From contig KZ538379.1 of assembly GCA_000934665.2 (NCBI GenBank), positions 1 through 64,000 on the forward strand: a stretch of 64,000 bases of DNA. Reading direction: 5' to 3'. Under the pieces are notes generated by a model that did no database searches, had not been told where the DNA came from, and saw only the letters and a program-made list of their open reading frames with translations. The position numbers were made by a program, and so were the translations under genes. Positions 39,601 through 54,600 of this stretch are shown in pieces. Source of the stretch: Catajapyx aquilonaris (lineage: Eukaryota). Each line of letters opens with the position of its first letter. Position 1 is the stretch's first letter.

Positions 39601-42600
39601 CCCATCCTATACTTTTTTTGTGTTGTTGTTATTCCCAGTCTCCTCGTGTCGCATTATTCGCGTCCAGAGTTTTTGCACAAACAAGGCAGAAAAGCAGTTA
39701 TTCTTCGAAATCGAACTAGAGGGCCCAAAAGTGTTCTCCTGTGAGAAAAATAGGGGATAAATTTCCGATGCGCCTCCGGAGACACCCCCGGAGCATCATC
39801 TGATTTCAGGTCTGCCAGACCAATCGAAAGTCCCGGATTCCTCCCGGAGTTTTTTTTTATCCAGAGAGAATACCTGCGTGACAATCGAGCCAAGACGTGG
39901 ACACTCCAGGAATATTAGACCCAAGGCTCCAGTAGGTTTTGTTCTAAAGCTGACGTCGGAGGCATTAAATGTGTTCTTTGGCTCCGGGGCAATAAAGTCC
40001 GGTGTTTTCCGGTAGCCTTCCCTAGGGTGGCCAACACCGGATTAACAACCAGAGGAGCCTCAGCCTGGTGATAAAAATAAGGATGCATCAGTCAGCAGGG
40101 TTGCCATTTTTTTATATGTGGCGAATCTTTGGAAGTGGCGAAAATTGGATGAGTGGTGAGGGTTACTGATGTGGCCAAAATGAGCTGGGAGGTCTGGGGT
40201 AGGGACAGAGTGTTATGATTAGATTCCGGGTCCCGGAGTCGTCTTGTTCTCCGGAGCAATTCGGACCGCAGTGCCCGCTTGGGAAAAATCGCGGGCCGGA
40301 AGGAAATGTCCTCGCCAATAAGTGAGCAAGGTTGGTTTTTCCAACCTCGGGGTGAAAACCCGATACTTCGGAGCCTAGACTCAAGAGGGTTAGATCATAT
40401 GTGCTCTTATTCAGTACGCACTATTGCTAAAGAGTGTTCACATTCAATATTGTGCTTGTTAGGAACACTCTGATTTGGTGGTTCTCTAAGAGTGTTCTTA
40501 GCTAAGGGTACTTTTATTTGGTGATGATATTAGAGAATGGTCTTAATGGCGCTCTTACTTAAAGAGACACTCCACTCAAAAAACAATGGCTCTAAAAATC
40601 GGGAAAAAAATCCTGAATCCGAAGGTGCAATCCGTTTTTCGCTACGCGGAACGGTAATGCCAGGGCGAGGGGTCAAAGTGGGGAAATTCAAATAATGCTC
40701 TAGAAGCTGGCCGTCCGCCAGCGACGCCCTCGGGACCTTGGGAACTGGAGGGCTGCTCCCCCCTGCCCGCGCGCTTAGGCCCATCCCAGAGCGGTGCAGC
40801 CCTCCAGTTCCCCTGTTCCCCGCGTGGCAGCACCGCTCATTAGCAGGCGACACACTTTGCCCTGGGATTACCATTCCGCGTAGCGAAAAACGAATTGTAC
40901 CGTCGGATTCAAGATTTTTTGCCCGATTTTTGGAGACAAACTTGTTTTTTGAATGGAGTGTCCCTTTAATGGTACACCTAGCTACGGGTTCTCTAAGAGT
41001 GTTCTTAGCTAAGGGTACTCTTAGTAGACTTATTAGTGATGCTCAGGGAATGGCCTTAATGGCGCTCTCGCTAAAGTATGCTCGTAATGATGCTCTTCGT
41101 AAGGTGTTATTAATGATGCACCTACAGCTAGCGATGCTATTAGCTAGGGGATCTCTAAGAGTGTTTTTAGCTAGGGGATTTATAAGAGTGTTTTAGCTAG
41201 GGGATCTCTAAGAGTGTTTTTAGCTAGGGGCTCTTACTCAAGGTACGCTTAGCTAGGGATTCTCGGGGATTCTCTTGGCTAGAGATGCCCTTCGAGAACA
41301 CTCTTAATAGTGTTCCTAGTAAGTACTACCTTAGCTATAGATGCTTTTAACTAAGGATGATCTTAGTCAATGGTGTGCTTAGCTATGGATGCTCTAGAGA
41401 GAATGCTCTTAATGGTGTTCTAGAGAGAATGCTCTTAATGGTGTTCTTAGAAAGATATGGTCTTAGAGATGCTCTTATTTAGTGGGGCTCTTAAAGGCGC
41501 TTTGACTAAGGTATGCTCTTAATGATGCTTCTCCTTAGGGGTTCTCTTAATGATGCTCCTCCTTAGGTCTGCCGTCAGTTGTAAGAAGACCGTAACTCAA
41601 AAACTAGTAATGGCGAAAGTCGCATGCATGCCGTGCACTAATCCACCCTGGCTCAGAGGGGATTAGTGCAGGGCGTGCATGCGACTTTCGCCCTTAGTGG
41701 TTTTCGAGTTACGGTCTTCTTACATCTGACGGCAGAGGTGTGCTCTTAATGGTGCAACCAGCATGCTAGGGTCGCTATTAGCTAGGAGTTCTCTAAGTTA
41801 AAAGTGTTATTATCTAAGGATACTCTATGACTCTATGTTAAGAGTTCTATTAGCTAGGGATGCTATTAATGAATGGTATTTGTACCTATGGGTAGGCTAC
41901 TCTTAGTTAAGAGTGTTTTAGCTAGGGCGCACTAACTCCAGGGAGCGCTTAGCTAAGGTGTCCTTGAAAAAAACCACTCTTAATGGTACTCTTAGTAAGT
42001 AAGCTCTTAGCCACAAATACTTTTCCCTATGGATGGGCTGATTCAGTGGTTCGCTTAGCTTGAGATGTTCCTAACTAGCAGTGCTCTTAGTTAAGGGTGA
42101 TATTATTCAAGGGTGCTGGAAAATCGGACCGGTTAATACAATGGAATGTTATTTAAGGGAACTATTATTTAGTAGTCATCTCTTAGAGAATGTTAATGGT
42201 GCTTCTAATGAGGGATACTCTTACATAATTATAGGGATGTGCTGAAGCAAGAGTTCTTATTAAGTACTCCTAAACCTAGTTTAAGCTTTTACAAATGGAA
42301 ATCGGAAAGGGTCTGACCCAAAGTGATTGTGTGTGACATAGGGGTAGAGAAGGTGACCAATAAATTCGCAAATGAACGTGACCTGCATTATGTATGGTTC
42401 CCCTATGCAAACGAAGAGCCTTTGCACACCTGTCCGGTTTGTTTCTAAAATTACATCGGTCCAGTAAACAAAACAAAAAAAGTTTGAACCCGCTTAGGGA
42501 CGAATCCTTCCGTTTCCTAGTTTGTTCTATGACTCTGCGGGGACAAATAGATTTCAGCAGGAAGGAAAGCAAGTGGGGGTGGGGTGTGGTGGGTGGGCTT

Positions 42601-45600
42601 GTTCTAGTACTTGTTTATTTATTGCCGCCTAGTGCGTTTATCAGGGAGGCTCGTAAAGTGTCGTGGGGAAGCCACAATAAAGTGTGTTCCACATGGGGCC
42701 GATTCCGGTTGCGTATCGAACACAGGCCTCTTTTACACTCCACCAAACGAAGGAGCAGAAAAGGCGGACAAATGCAATTTCCGCCCTCTTTAGAGCCCCC
42801 GGTGTGACGGAAACCGGATGGAAGGAAGGTAGCGCCAACTGGTGTCGGGACAGCCTGGCTCAGATCAGGACAAGCCGGCGAACTGTCCATGTAGGGTTAA
42901 TCATCAATTTTTTGGCAAGAAATTTGATGAATCGATTCGGACTAATATTACTGAAGTAGCTTTTATTTTTGAGAGCTGATACTAGTAACTGTTGCAAAAA
43001 TAAGTTACTCATAGCAGATATCAACGAAACGGCTACTAGAGGAGATATCGAAAGTAGCAGTTACCCCAGTAGATATCGAAAGTAACAGTTACTCTAGTTG
43101 ATATCGAAAGTAACAGTTACTCCAGCAGATATCGAAGTAGCAGTTACTCCAGTAGATATCGAAGTAGCAGTTACTCCAGTTGATATCGAAGTAACAGTTA
43201 TTCGAGTAGACATCAGACAGTTACTTGAGAAGCAAAAGTAAGAGTTACTGGTAGCATATATCAAAAGTAGCAGGAACTCGTAGCAGCTATGAACATAACA
43301 GCTACTAAAATAGACATCGAAAGGCACTGTTACTCGAGTAGATGTCAAAGGTAGTAGTTACTCGAACAGATATCAAATATTTTCTTAAGAAGCAATCAAA
43401 AGTAAACATTACTTGCAGAAAATATCAAAAGTAACAGCACTGTAGCAGATATCAAACGTACCACTTACTGGATCAGATATCAAAGTAGTAGTTACTAGAG
43501 CAGGTATCAAAGTAGTAGTTACTAGAGCAGGTATCAAAGTAGTAGTTACTAGAGCAGATATCAAAAGTGACACTTATTGTATCAGATATCAAAAGTAGCG
43601 GTTACTCGAACAGACATCGAACCGTTAATTGCAGCAGCTATCAACGTAACAGTTGCTCGAGCGGCTCGCAAAAGTAACAGTTACTCGAGCAGATATCGAA
43701 ATAGCAGTCTGATAATATAACATGCTAAAAATAAGGAACTTGTGATAAAAAAATATCAGCCCACGAGAGTTTGTCATCTTTAAATTGTAATCGTCCAGCA
43801 TGACGCGTGTTGTCGCCAGTGACCTGATTGTCCACTCCATTTGTGTTTATTGTGCGTATGTACTTGGTCATGGACACGATTTTTAAAAAAGCCACAGCTG
43901 CGGAACTGAAATATGCAGCACGTTTCAAGTGTCCGGCAGTTGAGGTTAGCATGGTGGAGAGAAAAAAATTTAGTATCCGCAATTAGAGATGCCTCGCACA
44001 TGTGTAACCATATAGCCAAACCGCACATATATACATTTTGTTCTTGGCCAGCAGAGGGTGGATTGGGAGTTAGGTGAAAGGTCACCGTGCCTCTCTAGAG
44101 GGAAGTGGGTAACCACAATAAAGGGATTAGACCTCGCATTTTCTTGGACACCTGACACGAAATTTTACCTTTTCCTGCAAAAAAACCCCCGTGTTGCTGG
44201 AATATTCAAGCCGAAGGTTCGGCCTGGTTGTTGCCATGCACACCTGGTTGCACCTGGTCCACTGGAGACACCCATATTACCACAACCAGGTTAGGTTCAA
44301 TTACCGGTTATCATAACAGCGGTTTTTAGAGGGAGAGTTGTTATGCATGAAAATTATGAAAACACGTTCAAAAAAATTTGCACATTTTTTAAATTGAAAA
44401 ATACTGAAACTCACAAGTGTTTCAATTGCAAGAAAACGGGCATATGACCTCGGACTGCCTCCTTTCTTATATTAATTAATTTGTTTATTTATTTCTTGTT
44501 GTAATATTTATTTATCATAATAGTTATTTATATTATTTATCATAATAGTTATTTATATTATTTATCATAATAGTTATTTATATTATTTACAAAATTGTTT
44601 ATATTATTTATCATACCGTACTTATCTAAAATGTTTATATTAATAATACTTTCCTATATTATTATGTAAAGCATTTCTTTATCTGTTTATCAATAGAATT
44701 ATTATCGACGGTTTGTTTGACGTCACACGTTCCGCATGACAACACCCTGCGTTGTTTACGGATGGCTGTGCTCTGACTAGGTCCGGAGCTCTCTGCAATT
44801 ATTAGCGTTCCAATTGTCACCGGAACATATGTGACAATTGGCCAAGACTTGAAAAGGTCCTCTATATCAATCCCTCCCCCCCCCTCTCTTTTTTAACAAT
44901 CGGATCCGATAGACCCCCCCNCCCTCCCAATCGGCTAATTTGCGCGCTGAAAAAGTGCGGGAGTTGGTTTTGCGGTTCGACCTTGCAGTAATTGTGTAGT
45001 TGTGCGAGTGTGGGTGCTGGGGGTGCATGGGGAAGGGGGTTATTGAAGAGCCTGCAGGTCCCATTGTGCCATATTTTTTGGGGAGGCCTCCCCCCTCCAC
45101 CCGTCCCCACCCTACCCTCCACCTGACCATTTTGACGTAAAGCGGCCAACTCTCCCGGGTGTGACCGTTGACAGCGATTTGTCACAACTGACGCTTTTAT
45201 GGCCGGCTGAAAACTTGTGGGTAAGGAGGGTAATATACGAGGGCTTGTTCTCGATTTCCGTCTCCTCTGAGGGGGGGAGAGGCGGGGACGGGGAGGCTGG
45301 TCCAGTGGGAATGTTCTGGTTTGTGTTCTGACTGCACGAAACCTATCTAGGGAAAAATAGGTCGGTGCTGTCTCTCACGCGCCTGATCCTTTGCACAATG
45401 CTGAAATGGCAACGCTGGATGTCATGGTGTAGGGAACTGGCCAATGGCAATCGACGAATAAGGGCTCAAAGAATAGGCTCATTATATTTAAAGGAATAAA
45501 CACATCTCCATCTACAGACATTGTTGGGTTTCAACCAGTGGAGTAGCCAGGATTCTAGTTCGGGGGGGGGGGGGGGGNNNNNNNNNNNNNNNNNNNNNNN

Positions 45601-48600
45601 NNNNNNNNNNNNNNNNNNNNNNNNNNNNNGGGGGGGGGGCTGCAGCCCCCTCAGCAACCCCCCCCCCCTCTGGCTACGTCGCTGGTTTCAACGCTTCAAA
45701 ATCTAAAGAAATTAGTAAATAATCATAATGAACTTGAACTAATAAAAAGTGCACTATAAAATAAAAATTCCAACATAGCCATTTAAAATTTGTCTGGATA
45801 ACTGTTAAACATTTCAAAATCACTAATGAATTGTGATTATAACTAATACTTTAAATTGGACTTTAACTAATAAAATAAATTGTAACTACTAATAAAATTT
45901 GAATATTAAAAATTCATACATTACTAAGGTATAAGTGTATAACTAATAAATTAATATAACTAATGAAATGAAATCCGTTTAATAAAATTGAAAACAACTA
46001 ATAAAATTAATATATGGTAACTAAAGTAAGCATAACTAATTCATACGAGTAGATAGAATTTCCATAAATAAATTAAAAGCCAAAAGTCAAATAAAACTAA
46101 TACATGTGAATACAATAGAACTTAAGATTTACTCTGCAAATACTGTAGTATTTAAATTCAACCAATAAACTAAAATAAAACGAATAAAATATGAATATTA
46201 AAAATTTAAATATCAGCAAAACATAAATAAAATGAAAGCAGTTTGAAGTTAAAAATTCAAAAATTGTAACCATTTATGAAGTTAAAAAATGGCATCAGAA
46301 CATTTCCAGAGACTTTTTGATCCTGAAAGTGATCCAGACACTTCAGAATCACGCTTACACCTGCAATGTTCCTACCAGTAACAGACAGTGTTGCCACATT
46401 CACTATGCAAATTCTCCTCTTGCATTTTCCCCCCTCCTTGCATGATTAATCCACCAACCTCCTGTGTTACCTCTGTGTGCTCGTTTGCTTGCGGTTGAAC
46501 CTGAGGTCAGACACTCACAAATACCTCCAGTAGTTTAAAAAAAATTATATATGTACCAAGCCCTCACTTGCAAAAACCGTGCAATCCCTTGGGTTTGGTC
46601 AGAGAGCCCAGGAAAAACCGCTTAAATAATTCAAGCCCATGTCATATCATGGGGTAGGATGAAAAAAAAAGAAGATCCTAGACACCACTCCTCTAAGCTC
46701 GTTTTCCCTAGATAGACCCCCCACAAAAAAAATACAAGCGAATTTTTAGTAGCCAAGTAAATTTTGCTGAAAGCCCCCCCTCTTTTTTGCAAAAAAAAGC
46801 GGTGTTGTTTCAACCCGCGTGATAAGTGAAACCCAGAAGATGCACGCGAAGACTTGTTTTTTGGTCCAAAAGGCGTCTTGCACGTTTTTCTTGGTTGGAA
46901 AGGGGAAAGAAATGCTCTAGAGGGAATACACGGGGAAAGGGGGGGTATGAAAAGAGGAAGAAGAAGTGGATGCGATGTAATTCAATATGGACGGTGTTGC
47001 CCAAGGAAAACTGGGAAGGGTAGAAAAGACATGCTCTTTCCAAATAGGTTCGCCAAGGAGTTTTGAGGGAGGGTAGGGGGGGCGAGGAAAGTGGAAACAA
47101 ATTGATTTTTGGCCAATTTTGTCACATCAGGGGACAACCATCCTGGAGGAAAATGTTGCTAGGGTTGTTGCTAGGGGAAATTATGCCACCCTTGGTAACA
47201 GCTGGGACACGTCTGTCCGCCATTAAGGCTCCGATGTAATCCATTTTCGACTCATTTGTTTGGAATAAGTTGCATTGAGGTGACGTATAGTCATTGTACC
47301 ATGGACAAACAAGGAAACAACCTTGGCCTTTACCCACTAGGTATGTGAAATGGGTATAAAATTGACAAACAGACTTTGAATTGGCCAAAAATTATTGTGC
47401 ATATCAAATTATTTTAAAAGGATATGAAATGGCCATAAAATGGATAAAAATTAACAAACAAAACAAACAAACTTTGCCTTTAGCCTTTAGGTATGAAATG
47501 ATTATAAAATGGACAAACGTTGTCACTGATAAAAATATGTGCATAAGAGGCAAAGTTTGTTCATTTTTTGTTCCATTTTATACCCACATTTTATGATATT
47601 GCAAACACCATGAAACTCCCTTTTTTAAATATGTATATATAATATAAAGTACAGGATGAGGCAAGTGTTTTTTAAAAAAAAAACCTTGTCGCCAGGCGTG
47701 CCTCTTGTTTGAGTGCCCCCTCCTTCAACATCCCCTTAGAAATTACAGGATGTTGTTGGCTGCAGGGAAACGCCTGGCTCGTATATTGGGTCTGTTCCGG
47801 GGACCTCGTTCCGGGGGGGGGGGGGGTCCGGAGTGTTAACTAGTTTCTCCGGAGGGTCTCTTGAGGATCCTTCAGGACCCGGCTCCTTTTCCACTAGACA
47901 CCGGCTACAACTGTCGGCAAGGGGAAAGAGAGGTCCTTATAGCCCCCCTGCCCAACGGTGGCTATACGCAACGTGCGGCAGTATTTTTTTGTGTGTGTGC
48001 ATACAATGTATATGTACAGAGTGTGTCGGCATTGCGGCTGCCAGTGGGTAAATTGAGCGAAACAATGCTGACATGTATAGATGCGAGAAATGTCAAAAAA
48101 ATCAACCTGGTGTCTATAAGGGACGATGGAAATATCGGCGGAAATATTCTTCAATTAATATAAATTATACCGGTAGCTCTGATGCCAATCATTTCACCAT
48201 ACAAGTTTGTCAACATTATTACGAAACACCCTGTATTTTGTGTCCAAAATTGGGCTGCTTTTATAAGGTGGGAGCGACCTTTGGGACCATCGCTGTGGGA
48301 CCTTTCGATAAGTAGGTTTTTGAGAGAAATTGGGCCTGTTTTTAATGCATTTTCAATGTTCCAACTCTGGCCGGTTGTTCACACGGGCCGAGTTTGGTCG
48401 AAACCAGTTTAAGTAGGGCTACAGGGTCATTCACACGGCCAGAAAATAGTGTCCAAAGTTGTCCCAAGATCGTTAACATGAGATTATCAGAGAAATCTTA
48501 GAAGATTTTTAACGTTTCGTATGCGATACGTATACGTTACGTATGCGTTACGTATACGTTTCGTATGCGTTACTTAGACGTTTCGTATGCGTTACATATA

Positions 48601-51600
48601 CGTTTCGTATGCGTTACTTAGACGTTTCGTATGCGTTACTTAGACGTTTCGTATGCGTTACGTATACGTCTCGTATGCGTTACGTATACGTTTCGTATGC
48701 GTTAAGTATACGTTTCGTATGCGTTACGTATACGTTTCGTATGCATTACTTAGACGTTTCATGTATACGCTTAACCCTTAGCTACGTAGGTGGAGCCTGA
48801 GAGGCTCCAAGCACTATTTAAACGCATGTAACTTTTTCATTGAATTTTATTTTCCACTCTCCTTCCGTGACTTTGTCAGAAAAACCTTCCTAAGCATGAA
48901 AAGGAGAGAAAAAAATTTTTAGTGCCTATTTTTTGGTTTAAAAAAATTCGTAACGAGGAACATGTCCCTCTAACCACTCAGGCTATCCCTATGCAGGTGA
49001 AGCCAGAGCGGCTCAAAGTTGTTGATGTAACCTTTTAATTAAAAATTCTTCCCTGTCAGAATATGCTGACTCAGCGTGTGATTTTTACGTTTTCGGAAGC
49101 CTAATGATCTGAACTGCACTTTCTGTATGTGAAAAGTCCAATATAACAATTTAGTTGATAAGCATAAATTTAAATATACCGTTGGAGCCTCTCAGGCTCC
49201 ACCTACGTAGTTAAAGGTGTTTCGCCCACCTACGTAGTTAAGGGTTAAACATTTTGTATGCGTTACTTAGACGTTTCATGTACGCGTCTTAAACGTTTTA
49301 TTTACGGTACATTTCTCGTACTTTTTTTTGTACATTTCTGAAACGTTTTGTAAACGTGTTTGAAACGTTTCCTAAGCGCTTCCTAAACGTTTCATACACG
49401 TTTCTTGCTCTTATTAACCGTTGAGAGAGATATCCTCTTACCTTCCAATAATCCCACCTACTCTGCCCCCCAAAAAACCCCAGAAAAATAAGCCAGTTTC
49501 GCAGCGTTGATTTTCCAAAAGTGCACAAAAAATGGCGCAGGTCCCTCCCAATCCTCCCCATCGTGTAATATATTATTTATTAATCATTTATTTTCTTCCG
49601 TGCGTTTCTACGCATATAGGATACATTGTTGGAATGCTGTCACCTCCCAGTGTGCTATGCAGTGCATCAGAAGTTTCAGGATTTTTGGGTCCTATCCAGC
49701 GAATAACTGCCTCAGGTATTGTAAGTCTGAGAATGACTCGACAACTCGTTTGACCTTATACTCTTTCACTACTACTTGTGTGCACACGTTTCTCTTCAAC
49801 TGTACGTAACCATGTACCGTTGCCAACTTCTTTGCGTAGTCCCACAATTTTGCTGATTCTGCTCAACATTCGCTCTTTTTTTTCTGCATAGTTTAAAGCA
49901 CCGTAGATTTAGAGTATGACGCACCATTTTGGAGGGTGAATAATTGTATTGAATAACCTCCTGAGACCCCACACCTTTCAATCACCTTTGTTTTTTTTAC
50001 GCGTTTGAGTTAGTCAGAAGGTGCTGGAAAAAACAAAGGTACAGTATACTGTACCAGGGGTCTCAGGAGGATAAACTATTATTAGGTCTTAATTCACTCT
50101 AAAACTTCATTTACATCAATGTAACAAATTTAAAGCTTCAAACTGATTAATTTGTCAAAGTGAAACTTAATTTAGCTTAACTCCCAATTAATTTTATTTA
50201 ACTTAATTTCTCATCGATTTAATATTACGTTAATTTTTATTGAATTTTTTGCTGGACTAAAATTAATTTTGCTTCAATTTTAAAGCCGCGCAAATTGTCG
50301 TATGTAATGTTAAATAATATTTTAATTACTTTTTAATTCCCAATTAATTTCATTAAAATTATCAATTAATATATTGTAAAACTTAATCATTTAAATAATT
50401 TCCGACAATAACTTTGATAAATATTTTAATTAATTCTGTTTAACTCTCAATTAATTTAATTTATTCTCCCACTTAATTTTAACGGTTTTAATTGCTGAAT
50501 GGCGAATTTATTTTGATTCGAATAAATTATGGATTTAATTACATTTTTATTTTGCAATATTTTCAAATTTTTGTCTCCATTTTCTCTTATAACTTATATT
50601 CTAAACAGAATATTCGGGCTAATTTTGAATAATATTTAACTGATAATAATTATTTTAAGCAATTTTTAAGCATATGAAGTTCGTGTAAATTTACCCTAGC
50701 AACCCTATTTAATATATATGCTAGCAACCATTATGTGGCCATATTGCTGCGAATGGTTGCTGGTGTAAACATTTTCTTAAACTATGACGTCAGGCTTGGA
50801 TTGTTCATTCCAGAATCCAGTTTGAAGATAAGCAACTATTAGAATATATCGAATGAGGCCCAGCTTTTTGCTTAAATATATTCAAACTTAAGTTCAAATG
50901 GTTTGCTTGGTTAAACAATCCATATACCTTCTCTTCTCATCCCTTTTGCACTGGGTATTAGAGAAGTACACTGTATACACATCAACATGTTTTTGTATGG
51001 CTAGAAAAAGCTCGTTTTGTGCTCTTCACAAATGCAGTAAACCATTGTCCGAACACATTTCGCACTGCAAATATTTTTTTTTTGCAAAAGCTCCACATAC
51101 GCGTCTCTCGCTAATGCTACATATTGCAAGCGTCAACTACTATTATATTGCGTTTTTACAGTGAGACTTTTTCATTGGAATGCACGGAGGACATTTTTTT
51201 TACAGGAGGGAACAGAGTCACATACATACTCGCACACACACACGTCCATTGAAATCACCTGTGCATAATATGTTGCACCTAATGACAATCAAATCGAGGG
51301 ATTTTCGCTGCCTGGCTAAATTTTTGGGCGAACAAAAACAGATTTTTGAACCAAATGGAATGAATGGGAGTCGTTATCTCGATGAAAATATTGACAAAAC
51401 TGTAGCAATAATTGCGAAATTTACATTGTTGCCGAAATGATATTTTGCTAATATTTTCAAATTGAGTAAATATCGCCAAATTTCTGTGACTCCACATGTT
51501 GATTCCAGTTCAGAATTTTACACATATTTTTTTTTTGCATGCCAGAGACGAAAATAAATCTTCGCATTGTTGAAAAGCCGAAATTAATTAGTCCCCTCAT

Positions 51601-54600
51601 TATTGGCTTGAATAATAAGAGTTCTGCTTTTTTTTAGCAGTACTTATGCATGTTTTTCTCCTTCAAAAAATATTTTGAAGTCCTGTGCTAAAAAGAACTG
51701 GGACGAAGAAAAAAATAAGCTGAAAAGCGGTTAAACTGCTAAAGAGGATTTAAAATTCTGGAGCTTTTCTTGCCGAAGGGTTGAACTTGGCGCTAATTAA
51801 TTTGCTTTTAATTGCTTTTTGTACATCTAGAGGTTGATTTCTCGCCGTGTAATTCTACACATTTTGCACATACTATAATTTCTGTGACGTCACTTATTTG
51901 AAAAATATCGCACTTTGTTTAATATTAGTACATATGACGTTGATTACCTCAGAAAATAGTTTAAATATTACGAGGGGAAAAATTAATCAACTTTTGTGAC
52001 CCCTTGTCGTTATTGTTGCTTTTTCTTTAAACTGATTTCTGTAGTGGACAATTCGTTCTATTTTTTTTTTGGCAGAAAGAAATTCTGGGACTACCATTTG
52101 CGCTATTATTTTGCACCCGCACTTCTGATGCACATTTTTCAAAAACTTGTGCTTGCGAATATGCGAATTTGGTACATTTTTGTGCTAATTATTTTGTTAG
52201 CAATTCGCATGCACAATTTAGGCACAATAGACGCGTAGATAGGCTCCTTTTTTGCAGGCTTTTTTGGCGTGGAAGGTCTGTTTCCCTTCCTCTGTATATA
52301 TATCTCGCACTAAAATTCATGCACCTGACAAACTATGCGAAAATATATCTCTCTGTTTTTTTTGCACCAAGCAAAAATGAGATGCTATTCCTTCCTCCTC
52401 ATTCCGCCACAACAAGGGGGAATGCAAGGCAACAATGCCCCACATACCCATCTCACTTGGCATAGTAAACTATGAAAAGGTAAAGATTTTGGATAAACAG
52501 CAAAAGCAGCATGCAAAGCAGCCCCCCCACAGTTTCATTTGCCTAAGAGAGAGGTAAAGCCCTGGGAGTTTGTTGACGACTTTTTGTTGTTGTTGTTGAG
52601 AAAAACACCTGAATAATAACGGAGGAAAGTTTGCCTGGACCTATAAAATAAATAAATAAACGGGTTGCATGTGCTTGATTCAAATACAACAGAATTTGCT
52701 TTGTACATGGGCCACCCCCCCTGTTTCTCCTTGTTTCTGCAGCTCTGGCGCTGGAGCCAAAATTTCTGGCGCCTTTGGATAACGTGACCATCCCTCAAGG
52801 GAGAGATGTTCTCTTCACCTGCATGGTCAAGGACCTGGGAGGACACAGGGTGAGTCGCAGTTGTTTTCTACAAAATTATTAATATTAGCTACTACTAGTT
52901 ATAACTGTCATCAAACTATTAGCTTCTAATATTTATAGCCGTTATAGAAAACATTGCTTACTAATGTTAATGGCTCTTATCAGATGTTGATTGTAATAGT
53001 TATAACTGTCATCAAACTATTAACTGCTACTACTACCGGTAGTACCAAGTGTCATCAAACTATTAGCTGCTACTACTACCGGTTGTACCAAGTGTCATCA
53101 AACTATTAGCTGCTACTACTACCGGTAGTTACAAAGTGTCATCAAACTATTAGCTGCTACTACCGGTAGTTACAAGTGTCATCAAACTATTAGCTACTAC
53201 TACCGGTAGTTACAACTGTCATCAAACTATTAGCTACAACTAGTTATAACTGTCATCCAGCTATTAGCTACTACTACCGGCAGTTACAACTGTCATCAAA
53301 CTATTAGCTACAACTAGTTATAACTGTCATCAAACTATTAGCTTCTCATATTTATAGCCGTTATAGAAAACATTGCTTACTAATGTTAATGGCTCTTATC
53401 AGATGTTGATTGTAATAGTTATAACTGTCATCAAACTATTAGCTGCTACTACTACCGGTAGTTACAACTGTTATCAAACTATTAGCTACTGCTATAGTTG
53501 CAACTGTCAGCACACTAATTAGCCACAACTGGTTATAACAGTCATCAAACTATTAGCTTCTAATATTTATAGCCGTTATAGAAAACATTGCTTACTTATG
53601 TTAATAGCTCTTATCAAATGTTGATTGTAATAGTTATAGCGACTATCACAAAATTAGAGTCTACTAATATTTCAGCTGAGCGACTATATGAGCGACTAAT
53701 ATTAACAGCTACTGAGAATTCGTCAATAATAACAATATCTGCTATCAGTAACATAATCTACCAAAATATTGGCTATAAATATTAATAGCTGCTATCAAGA
53801 TATCGACTTACAGTTGCAACGGTTAGAAATATTTGCTAACTAATATTTATAGTCGTTATAAATAATGTATTCTACTAATTTTAACAACTACTATAAAATT
53901 TTCTTCTAATATGAATGGCTGTGATCAGTGATACTGACTACTAATATTTATTATCTAAATGTATAATAGATATTAGTATTACTAGCTGCTATCAAGATAT
54001 TGGCTGTGATAATAAATTACAACTGTTATAAATATTGGCTACTAATATTCATAGCGGATACCTAAATAATGGCTATTCATATTCATCTGCTATCAAGATA
54101 TTGGCTGTGATAGTTTATACAACGATTATAAGCATTGACTACTAATATATAGCCGAAGTTATAAATGACATAGCTACTAATATATTAACAGCTGATATAA
54201 AATAATTTCCTAATATGAATAGCTGTTATCAATAATATTGGCTACTAATATTCGGTTGCTAATATTAACAGCTACTATCAATTTTATACGGATGTGAATT
54301 AGTGCTGTGATAAATAATATTGCTACTAATATTTATAACTGTGGGTTGTAGCTGTTATCGGAATATTAGTTGCTGATATTCGGTTGGTCCTATTGTAGAG
54401 TAAGTGACCTCTATTCTCTAATCGTGTTTACGGTCCACTAAATATTTTTCAAATAAATAAGCTATGGGGCAGGAATTTTTTGGAGTATGAAGTAGCGGTA
54501 CATGATGGAGCACATCGAAAGGAAAATTGTGGAGGAGGAGTTATGGCTGGATGATTTAGACCCCCCCCCCCCCNCCCACCCCCTCACTCCACCATCTGAG

